Assembly: GCA_963823555.1 (NCBI GenBank)
Contig: CAWGMA010000002.1
Span: 416,001-480,000 of the forward strand
From: Candidatus Eiseniibacteriota bacterium
GTDB lineage: Bacteria > Eisenbacteria > RBG-16-71-46 > CAVPCR01
DNA: 64,000 bases
Direction of reading: 5' to 3'
A program made the position numbers and the translations under genes. Positions 40,119 to 48,128 of the stretch are shown here, piece after piece (positions within the stretch are counted from its first letter, which is position 1; the number at the start of each line of letters is the position of its first letter). The notes under the pieces were generated by a model. It was not told where the DNA came from. It ran no database searches and saw only the letters and a program-made list of their open reading frames with translations.

Positions 40119-40727
40119 ATGGCGACGAGCCGCTCGCTCACCGCGCTGAGCGACGAGGAACTGGCGGCGCGCTGCCGGAGCGGCCGCGATGATCAGGCCT
40201 TCGCCGAGCTTGTCGACCGCCATCAGCGTGCCATCTGCCGCTACGTGCGGCAGATCGTCGGAGACGCCGACAGTGAGGATCTGGCGCAGGATGTCTTCCT
40301 CAGGGCCTACCAGGCTCTGCCTCGCTTCCGTGGCGAGGCGAGCTTTCGCACCTGGCTCTATCGCATCGCGCGCAACCGGTGCTTCACCGAGCTCCGGAGC
40401 CGAGGCCGCCGCGGTGAGGCGATCCCGTTCGGCGAGGAGGGTGGCGACATGATTCACTCCTTGTTGCCGGATGACGCTCCAGGGCTTGCCGAGGAGATCG
40501 CGCGCGAGGATCTCTCCGCCCGCGTGCGGGAGAAGGTGGCCGCGCTTCCCGTGCAGTACCGCCAGGTGCTCACGCTCTTCTATCTGGACGAGATGCGCTA
40601 CGAGGAGATCGCCTCGATCCTCGATGTGCCCATGGGAACCGTGAAGACCTGGATCCATCGCGCTCGGCTCCGCCTGCGCGACCTCATCGTCAGGGAGCCC
40701 GCGTTCGAGAAGGAGCGGCGGCCATGA
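40119..40727 (+). CDS. ECF RNA polymerase sigma factor
   Basis: DLAQDVFLRAY, FRGEASFRTWLYRIARN, YEEIA...GTVKTWIHRAR. Confidence 0.92.
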   Translation: MATSRSLTALSDEELAARCRSGRDDQAFAELVDRHQRAICRYVRQIVGDADSEDLAQDVFLRAYQALPRFRGEASFRTWLYRIARNRCFTELRSRGRRGEAIPFGEEGGDMIHSLLPDDAPGLAEEIAREDLSARVREKVAALPVQYRQVLTLFYLDEMRYEEIASILDVPMGTVKTWIHRARLRLRDLIVREPAFEKERRP

Positions 40728-41254
40728 CATGCCGGGACATCATCGAGATCATCGCCCGGGCCGAGGCCGGACTCCTCGATCCCGGTGTATCGGCGGCGTT
40801 CGACCGGCATCTGGCCGAATGCCCTCGCTGCCGGGCGGAGAGGGTGCTCGCGACCCGATTGACCGCGGCGCTCCGCGCGGATCCGGGGCCTGCGCCCGCG
40901 AGCGATTTCACGGCGCGTGTTCTCGATCGCGTCCGCACGGCCCACGCCGAGTCTCCCCAGCGCTGGTGGACGCCGATCATCCCGGCCATGGCGCTCGTGC
41001 TCTCGATTCTCGCGATCCGGCCCGTGCTCCCCGCCCTTCCGTTGCCAGGGATCGGGGAAGGGCTCCGTTCCCTTCTCCTGCCGGCGCTCGGCTGGATGGA
41101 GAACGGTCTCACCACTCTCGGCCTCGGTACCGCGCCCGGTGGATTCGCGGGCGCTCTTCCTCTCTACGCCCTGCCCGCGGTGGTGTTCACCGCCTGCGTG
41201 TCGGGGATCCTGGTGTGGGTCACACGTGAGGCTTATGCTTACCGGGTAGAGTGA
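40724..41254 (+). CDS. zf-HC2 membrane anti-sigma factor
   Basis: HLAECPRC (HxxxCxxC), TM helices, ATGA overlap with the sigma gene. Confidence 0.85.
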   Translation: MTCRDIIEIIARAEAGLLDPGVSAAFDRHLAECPRCRAERVLATRLTAALRADPGPAPASDFTARVLDRVRTAHAESPQRWWTPIIPAMALVLSILAIRPVLPALPLPGIGEGLRSLLLPALGWMENGLTTLGLGTAPGGFAGALPLYALPAVVFTACVSGILVWVTREAYAYRVE

Positions 41255-41310
41255 GTCCCGGAGGCACGCGGTATCCCGGAGGCGGTACCGGTTCTCAGGG
41301 AGGTGCTGTG

Positions 41311-42051
41311 ATGGTGCGTTTGAGCCTGTTGCTCGTGATCCTCGGGGCGGCGACCGCGCCGTCCCTTGCCGCGACGCCGGTCCTGTGGGACATCACGCAT
41401 GGTGTCTATAGCGGCTACGAGCCGGGAGTTCGGTACTCCGATCTCGCGGCATCGCTCGCCAGCCTCGGTTACACGATCGAGACCACGGATCAGGGCATCG
41501 ACAACGTCGATCTCGGAGCCTATGCCATTCTCGTCGTCGGCGCCGGGAGCTGCTATGACACGCCGTACACGGCGGCGGAAGCGGCGGCCGCCCAGGCCTA
41601 TGCTGCGGGAGGGGGCAGCATCCTCATCCTCGGGGACAATCCCGGGGTCTGGCCCGATCATCTGAATCCGCTTGCCCAGGCTCTGGGCACGACGACGGCG
41701 ACAGGCGGGGTGGATCCGGATGACCTTGTGGTCACCAGCTTCGCGGCTCATCCCATCTTCTCCGGCATCACGACGATCACGATGCGAGCCGCGGGGGAGC
41801 TCCAGGCCGATTCCTCGGTGCCGGTGGCCTGGGCGCCCACCGGGGAGATCGTGGCGACGGCCGGCGCCACCGAGAAGGTCGTCGTGCTCGGAGATCTCAA
41901 CCTCTTCGAGAACAACTATCTCGCCACGACCGACAATGCCGCCTTCGCCTCGAGTCTCTTCACCTGGCTCCACGAGCCCGCTCCGGTCGAGGGCGCGACC
42001 TGGGGAGCGATCAAGGCGATCTGGTCCGCTCGGCGCCAGGCAGGCTTGTAG
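41311..42051 (+). CDS. Secreted GATase-like/DUF4350-like protein with a C-terminal TWGAIKAIW motif
   Basis: GGAGG RBS, signal peptide, LWDITHG, GGSILILGD, VVVLGDLNLF, VEGATWGAIKAIW. Confidence 0.72.
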   Translation: MVRLSLLLVILGAATAPSLAATPVLWDITHGVYSGYEPGVRYSDLAASLASLGYTIETTDQGIDNVDLGAYAILVVGAGSCYDTPYTAAEAAAAQAYAAGGGSILILGDNPGVWPDHLNPLAQALGTTTATGGVDPDDLVVTSFAAHPIFSGITTITMRAAGELQADSSVPVAWAPTGEIVATAGATEKVVVLGDLNLFENNYLATTDNAAFASSLFTWLHEPAPVEGATWGAIKAIWSARRQAGL

Positions 42052-42077
42052 GCGGTGCCCCACAACGAACGGACCCG

Positions 42078-42689
42078 CTAATCATCGCGACCGGCCGTCG
42101 ATCGCGAAGCCGCCTGGATCCATACCAGGAAGAGACGGGCCATGGCGGACGCCGGCAAACCCTCTCCTGACAAGGAAAGCCAGGTGGAGAAGCGGACGGC
42201 AAGCCCGATGATCGCGGGGAGGTAGGAGGCAGCGGGTGGATTGGGTTGCCAGCGAACGAGGAGATCGTCGCGAACGCCGGCGAGGTAACCGTCGAAGGCG
42301 GCCATCGGGGCTTCGAGCGCAGGGACGCGGTCCCGGTCGCGATAGGCTGCCTTCCACATGCGCGCGGTGTGCTCGTAGTAGCCATAGAGGAGGCTCAGGG
42401 CCTCGACGGTCCGCGCCCCGGCCTCCGCTCGGTCGGCCCAGAGCGAGGGATCGGGCGGTGGGTTGAGCTCGATCCAGCGCGAGGTGCAGGCGGTGAAGAT
42501 GGCCGCTTCATCATGGAAGTGGCGATAGACAGTGAGCCTCTGCACGCCGGCCCTCTTCGCGATGGCGGTGACCGTCGTCTCTCGCGGGCCCAGCTCCTCG
42601 TGCAAGGCCATGGCTGCCTCCACGATCCGGTTTCGTGTCCGCAACTGATTGTCAGCGCGTTGCTTGAGGGTATATTTTCGCGTCTTCAT
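42078..42689 (-). CDS. TetR/AcrR-family transcriptional regulator
   Basis: RKYTLKQRA, TTVTAIAKRAGVQRLTVYRHF HTH. Confidence 0.9.
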   Translation of the reverse strand: MKTRKYTLKQRADNQLRTRNRIVEAAMALHEELGPRETTVTAIAKRAGVQRLTVYRHFHDEAAIFTACTSRWIELNPPPDPSLWADRAEAGARTVEALSLLYGYYEHTARMWKAAYRDRDRVPALEAPMAAFDGYLAGVRDDLLVRWQPNPPAASYLPAIIGLAVRFSTWLSLSGEGLPASAMARLFLVWIQAASRSTAGRDD

Positions 42690-42694
42690 TTCAA

Positions 42695-42773
42695 TGATCA
42701 TACACGTTCATTTAATTCTTGACAAGTCGCCTTCACCCGGAGTAGTCTCGCTTTCGTTAAACACTATTGTTCA
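42695..42773. promoter_or_regulatory. Sigma70-like promoter for the MBL gene flanked by two candidate TetR operators
   Basis: TTGACA (42719-24)-N18-TAGTCT (42743-48). Imperfect palindromes TGATCAtacaCGTTCA (42695-710) and TAAACActatTGTTCA (42758-73). Confidence 0.55.
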
Positions 42774-42826
42774 CCTATATCAAAGGGTGGACTCTTGCAA
42801 CCGAGACGCTCGGAAGGAGAACGACG

Positions 42827-43630
42827 ATGAACGGTCCCGTGATGCTCCCCCCGCAGCAGGTGGCTCCCGACACGGTGGTGCTCCCGTCCTATTTCCCCAT
42901 CCCCGGACTCGGGGTCCTCCCCATCCATTCCTTCCTGATCCGTGGCGCCGAGCCGGTGCTCGTGGATACCGGTCTCGCGGCCCTCCGTACCGAGTACCTC
43001 GAGCAGCTGCGCTCCATGATCGATGTCGCCGATCTCCGCTGGATCTGGATCACTCACGCCGATGCCGATCACATCGGGAACCTCGCGCCCATCCTCGCCG
43101 AGGCGACACAGGCGCGGGTCGTCACCACCTTCCTCGGTCTCGGCAAGCTCGGCCTTCATCAGATCGCCGTGGAGAGTCCCTACCTCCTGAATCCCGGTCA
43201 GAGCCTCGATCTCGGTGACCGCAAGCTCGTGGCCATGCGTCCACCCACTTACGACGCTCCCGAGACGACCGGTTTCCTTGACACCGCGACCCGCATCCTA
43301 TTCACCGCCGACAGCTTTGGTGCGCTGCTCGAGGAGCCGGCCGAGACAGCCAGCGACATCGGCGACGGTCTCCGCTCGGGACTCGTGACCTGGGCCACGA
43401 TCGATGCCCCCTGGCTTGGCTCGATCACCGAGATCGCGCTGGCCGACTCGCTGCGCACTGTTCGCGACCTGGACCCGAGCGCGATCCTCTCGAGCCACCT
43501 GCCTCCGGCGCGCGGCATGAACGATCGATTGCTCTCGCTTCTAGGCAGTGCCGCCAAGGCGCCGGCTTTCGTCGGCCCCGATCAGGCCGCCCTCGAGTCG
43601 ATGACGACCGCCGCCGGCGCAAGCCGCTAG
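42827..43630 (+). CDS. MBL-fold metalloprotein (FprA/ODP-like, no flavodoxin domain)
   Basis: VLVDTG, THADADHIG, FTADSFG, SSH. AAGGAG RBS. Confidence 0.82.
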   Translation: MNGPVMLPPQQVAPDTVVLPSYFPIPGLGVLPIHSFLIRGAEPVLVDTGLAALRTEYLEQLRSMIDVADLRWIWITHADADHIGNLAPILAEATQARVVTTFLGLGKLGLHQIAVESPYLLNPGQSLDLGDRKLVAMRPPTYDAPETTGFLDTATRILFTADSFGALLEEPAETASDIGDGLRSGLVTWATIDAPWLGSITEIALADSLRTVRDLDPSAILSSHLPPARGMNDRLLSLLGSAAKAPAFVGPDQAALESMTTAAGASR

Positions 43631-45966
43631 GCGTCGAGTGGCGGGCTCTCTTCCCGCTCACGCATCCTGACCGGCGAGGCGGCGAGCCGATCGAAGCGGA
43701 TCGCCTGTCCTCGCCGGTCCGCCTGGCCGAAGGCGAGGACACCGGTGGGGCAGCTCTGGATGCAGGCGGAGCAGCGGACGCACTCGGGGTCGGCCATCGG
43801 CTCGCCCTTGTTGGCGAAGTTCATGACATCGATGCCCTGGTGGCACACCGCAGTGCAGACATTGCAGGAGATGCACTTCTTCTTGTCGGCGAAGATGCGG
43901 AAGCGGGAAAAGCGGGCATAGACGTGCATGAGGGCGGCCAGGGGGCAGAGGAACCGGCACCAGAAGCGACCCGAGTACCAGAAGTAGACGCCATAGCCGA
44001 TGACGCCCGCGAGGAAGACATCGACACCCCACTTGTAGTCATGGAGGAGTCGGTCGAACGGGCGATCGAATGCGTTCCCCGGTGGCAGCGCCCAGCCGGC
44101 GATGCGCACGAAGAGGAGCAGCACGGCGATCGCGAGGATCACCTGTCCCGCCATGTTGAAGCGGTTCCAGCGCGGGCCGTGCGGCATCTTGTGGCGGTGG
44201 GTGTCGCCGAGCGTCTCGGCCAGGGCGCCACAGGAGCAGATCCACCCGCAATACACTCCCTTGCCGAAATGGTAGATGCCGAGCGGGATCAGGACGAGCG
44301 TCTGCACGGCCGCGATCGCGAGCCACCACCCAAGCGGCTGCGGAGTGAACACGTTGTAGACGTTGAGCGGCCAGGCGAGGACGAAGCCATAGGCGCGCCA
44401 GAACTCGCGCCCGTGTCCGTAGCCCACGATCGGGAAGAGCGGGTCGGCGATGCTGGCGGGGAGCAGCCCGTTGTGATGGAGCAGCGGGAGGATGATCTCC
44501 GGCAGGAGGAAGAGCGGCACCACCTGGATCGCCATCAGCGTGATCGTCTGGGCGGTGACGTAGGGCGTGCGCCGCCTGCGGATGCGGCGCACACCGAAGA
44601 TGATGACGAGGAGGCTGTAGGCGACCGTGTACCAGAAGGCCGGGCCGGCGGCACTCACGGCGAAGGTCCCGATGAGCGTGCGCGGATCGACGGCCGCGGA
44701 GGCGATCGAGCCCCCGGCTGCGGTGAGGAGCGCCGGCAGATTGAACGGGAACCAGTGGTTCTCGGCGAAGAGGGCCGCCATGCGGCCGCCCGACTTCCAG
44801 TTGTAGAGCCAGAGCGCGAACAGAAGGAAGAGCGCGAGGCCCCCCCAGAACCGCCAGCCCCGCTCACCCGTGATGCGCACGCCGGAGCGGCGGAAGAAGT
44901 CGAGCGGCGGTTCGCGCCCGATCATGGGGAAGACGACGTCGTTCGGAAGCGCCTCGGTCCCGCCGTCGCCAGCGGCAAGGATGACCTCGTGGGGGCGGAT
45001 CTCCCGGACCTCGGTGCCGAGGCGGAGATCGATCTTGCCGGTGACGGGGGCGGGGGCGACAAAGGGGCCCATCGCCGTCGTCACCCGTTCCGAGCTGGGA
45101 TGCTCGATCGTGACCGGCGCATGGGGTTCGGCGCGGAGCATCTCGAGCTTCTCGAGGTTATCCGCCTTGGGTCGCGACCACTCGGCGCGACGGTAGGACA
45201 GGGTGACCTCGCTCCCGCCCTCGGCGAGCGCGATCGCGGATTCGAGCGCCGAGTCGCCACCACCGACGACGAGAGTCTTCCGGCCGGCGAAGTCGCGCGG
45301 GTCGTGGAGGCGGTTGAAGACCTTGTCGAGGCGCTCGCCGGGAACTCCGAGGCGACGGAACTCGCCGCTCCGGCCGATGGCGACGAGCACGCGCCGCGCG
45401 CGCATCACCTCGCCGCCGGCGAGATGGATGACGAACCGATCATGCCCACGCTCCACCCGCTCGGCGCGGGCGTGCCGCGGCTCGATCCCGGCCGCTGCGA
45501 CCTGGGCCCGGAGCTCGGCCAGGAGCTCTTCCTTGACGGTGGCCGTCACCTGGAGCCCGCCGGCGGGGATCATCTCCCGGGGATAGGTGTAGATCGGCTT
45601 CCGCCGCGGGAAGTTGGCGATCGTCGAGAACGTCTCGCTCGACTCGAGGAGGGCGAAGTCGAGGCCCCGCTGCCGCGCTTCGACCGCCGCCGCCATACCG
45701 GCCACTCCGCCGCCGATGATGGCGAAATCGACGACATCGGGGTCGCGGTCACGATGCGCGCGGAGCTCATCGGCCACGCGCGCGGCCACCCGCGCCCCGC
45801 CGTCGAGGGCGAACTTGAGAAGCGGGATCCCGGAGAGATCCCCGGCTACGAAGAGGCCTGGAACGTTCGTCGATCCGTCGGGCCCGACCTCTGGCAGCCG
45901 CTCGATGGTGCCGGCCGGCCAGCGGGTGTGAAGCCAGCAGACGTACCGCCTGAGCCAGCCCATCAT
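43627..45966 (-). CDS. Thioredoxin-reductase/YpdA-like flavoprotein fused to a NapH-like membrane 4Fe-4S domain
   Basis: GGGVAG, VGGGDSALE, CGWICSC, CRFLCP, CISCNVCTAVC, CVRCSACIQSCP. Confidence 0.82.
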   Translation of the reverse strand: MMGWLRRYVCWLHTRWPAGTIERLPEVGPDGSTNVPGLFVAGDLSGIPLLKFALDGGARVAARVADELRAHRDRDPDVVDFAIIGGGVAGMAAAVEARQRGLDFALLESSETFSTIANFPRRKPIYTYPREMIPAGGLQVTATVKEELLAELRAQVAAAGIEPRHARAERVERGHDRFVIHLAGGEVMRARRVLVAIGRSGEFRRLGVPGERLDKVFNRLHDPRDFAGRKTLVVGGGDSALESAIALAEGGSEVTLSYRRAEWSRPKADNLEKLEMLRAEPHAPVTIEHPSSERVTTAMGPFVAPAPVTGKIDLRLGTEVREIRPHEVILAAGDGGTEALPNDVVFPMIGREPPLDFFRRSGVRITGERGWRFWGGLALFLLFALWLYNWKSGGRMAALFAENHWFPFNLPALLTAAGGSIASAAVDPRTLIGTFAVSAAGPAFWYTVAYSLLVIIFGVRRIRRRRTPYVTAQTITLMAIQVVPLFLLPEIILPLLHHNGLLPASIADPLFPIVGYGHGREFWRAYGFVLAWPLNVYNVFTPQPLGWWLAIAAVQTLVLIPLGIYHFGKGVYCGWICSCGALAETLGDTHRHKMPHGPRWNRFNMAGQVILAIAVLLLFVRIAGWALPPGNAFDRPFDRLLHDYKWGVDVFLAGVIGYGVYFWYSGRFWCRFLCPLAALMHVYARFSRFRIFADKKKCISCNVCTAVCHQGIDVMNFANKGEPMADPECVRCSACIQSCPTGVLAFGQADRRGQAIRFDRLAASPVRMREREESPPLDA

Positions 45967-45994
45967 GCCGTGGTGTGCTCTGCCGGCCGGATTC

Positions 45995-46396
45995 TCACAG
46001 GAGCCCGACGTCCTCGGTCGCGGCGAGCACGACGAAGACGCGCTCGTTGTTCTCGTTGGGATCGGCGGGGACCAGGAAGAACCCGGTTCGTGTCGGCTCG
46101 TAGCCGGTCGTCGTCCCGATCATCGTCTCCCCGTCCTTGAACTTCACCTTGACCTTGCGGCCGGTGACCGGCTTTCCCGTCTCGAACTCGAGCTTGGGGT
46201 TGTAGGCGGGGTTTCCTGCCAGGTCCTTCACGAAGAACACCGCCTTCAGTTCCGCGATCACGATCTCGATGGTGTTGGCGTCCGCCGCGGCGTCCGTGGG
46301 AGAGAGGTGGAAGAGGGGTTTGGTGGGGCGGAAGTCGGCCGTGAAGCCCTTGAGCAACCGGCCATCCTGGTACCGGGCCACGATCTTGTTCTTCAT
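45995..46396 (-). CDS. Small conserved protein (DUF6982-like)
   Basis: KIVARYQDGRLLKG.T.DF, LKAVFFVKD, GFFLVPADP..NNER. Confidence 0.72.
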   Translation of the reverse strand: MKNKIVARYQDGRLLKGFTADFRPTKPLFHLSPTDAAADANTIEIVIAELKAVFFVKDLAGNPAYNPKLEFETGKPVTGRKVKVKFKDGETMIGTTTGYEPTRTGFFLVPADPNENNERVFVVLAATEDVGLL

Positions 46397-46576
46397 CCTC
46401 GCCTCGTACCGGAGTCGCACTGAGCGGCCCCCGCCTGCTTCCCGATTCAAGGCCGATATCCCGGCGAAAGCTATCAGGAGGCCGCGGCTCCGTCAATTGC
46501 CGGCTCCCCTCATGTCTCAGGACACGCCCCTGCGTGGTAGGCTCCCGCGACAGGGCTGTCCGGCCCCGGAGGAGCG

Positions 46577-48097
46577 ATGAGCACGGTTTCCTTTCTCATC
46601 TCCTTTGCCGTCTACACGCTCGGCATCGTTGCCGTTGGTGTCTACTCGGCCCGGTATGCTCGCGAATCGGACGAGGACTTCTTTCTCGCCGGTCGCTCTC
46701 TCGGGGGCTGGATCGCTGCGCTGTCGGCTTCCGCCTCGAGCGAGTCCGGGTGGGTCACGCTGGGGCTCGTCGGCTGGGCCTTCACGTCGGGGGTGAGCGC
46801 CTACTGGATCATGCCGGGCTGCCTCCTCGGATTTCTGTTCAACTGGTTCGTCATTGCCGGTCGCCTGCATGATCGGTCGCGCGCGCTCGGCGCGCTGACG
46901 GTCCCCGACTTCTTCGCCCTGAGCTTCCGGGAACGAATCCCGATCCTGCGCTCGATCGCCGTCCTGGTGATCCTTGTCGCCATGATGCTCTACGTGGCCG
47001 CACAGCTCGCCGCGGCGGGGAAGGCCTTCTCTGCCAGCTTCGAGGCCATCGACTACCGGGTCGGCGTGCTGATCGGGGCCGCGGTCGTTCTCCTCTACAC
47101 CGTGCTCGGCGGGTTCCGCGCCGTGTGCTGGACCGATCTCCTGCAGGCGCTCCTGATGGTGGGAGCGCTCGTCGTGTTTCCGCTCTATCTGCTGGCGACG
47201 ACCGACGGCGGGTTCGGTGCGATCCGCTCCCAGCTCCGGGCCGTGGATCCGGAGCTCTTGCGTTTCGTGCCCGAGAAGGGTGGGGCCGCGCTCCTCGGCT
47301 TCTTCCTGGGGTCCGGGGCTCTCGGCATCAACTTCGGCTATCCCGGCCAGCCGCATGTGCTCGTGCGCTTCATGGCGCTCAAGAGCAGGCGCGAGGCTCT
47401 GGTCGGCGGGGTCGTGGCCTTCTTGTGGGGGGCGCTCGTCTACTGGGGCGCGGTGACCGTGGGGATCATGGCCCGAGCGTTGACCGAGGGCGGTGCGGCG
47501 TGGGGCCGGCTCATGCTCGACAACCCGGAGATCTACGGTGAGCTCGGACTCGTGCTGGCCGCCGGCAACCTCCTGCCCGGGGTGCTCGGGGGGCTCGTGC
47601 TGGCCGCCGTGCTGGCCGCCATCTGCTCGACCGCCGACAGCCAGCTCGTGGTGGCCGCCAGTGCCGCCGCCAACGATCTCGGCCGGCGTATCCTCGGCCG
47701 CGGCCGGGAAGGGAATGCGGCGAGGCCCGGCGGCATCTCCCATCTGCTCTTGAACCGCGGCGTCGTGCTCGCGCTCGGACTCGGGGCCGTGGCGCTCGTC
47801 ATCGATCGCGACGTGCGTGTCTACCAGTACGTACTGACCTATGGCTGGGCGATCCTCGGCGCCTCTTTCGGGCCGCAGGTGATCCTCCTCCTCCTGTGGC
47901 CGCGGGCATCCTATGCGGGGTGCATTGCCGGGATGCTCACCGGGTTCGCCGTCGCCATCGGCTGGCAGCTCACCTACGATGCCAGCCGCACCGGCATCGA
48001 GATCTACAACCTGCCTCTGGCCTTCGTCGCCGCCTTTCTCGTCAACGTCGTTGTGAGCCTGGCGCGCCCGGATCGCGAGCCGCCACGGTCGGTCTGA
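46577..48097 (+). CDS. putP: Sodium/proline symporter (SSS family)
   Basis: DFFLAGRSLG, ALSASASSESGW, AVCWTDLLQ, GYPGQPHVLVRFMA, STADSQL. Confidence 0.88.
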   Translation: MSTVSFLISFAVYTLGIVAVGVYSARYARESDEDFFLAGRSLGGWIAALSASASSESGWVTLGLVGWAFTSGVSAYWIMPGCLLGFLFNWFVIAGRLHDRSRALGALTVPDFFALSFRERIPILRSIAVLVILVAMMLYVAAQLAAAGKAFSASFEAIDYRVGVLIGAAVVLLYTVLGGFRAVCWTDLLQALLMVGALVVFPLYLLATTDGGFGAIRSQLRAVDPELLRFVPEKGGAALLGFFLGSGALGINFGYPGQPHVLVRFMALKSRREALVGGVVAFLWGALVYWGAVTVGIMARALTEGGAAWGRLMLDNPEIYGELGLVLAAGNLLPGVLGGLVLAAVLAAICSTADSQLVVAASAAANDLGRRILGRGREGNAARPGGISHLLLNRGVVLALGLGAVALVIDRDVRVYQYVLTYGWAILGASFGPQVILLLLWPRASYAGCIAGMLTGFAVAIGWQLTYDASRTGIEIYNLPLAFVAAFLVNVVVSLARPDREPPRSV

Positions 48098-48128
48098 CGT
48101 CCGACGCTCGATTCAGCGACCAATGGCC

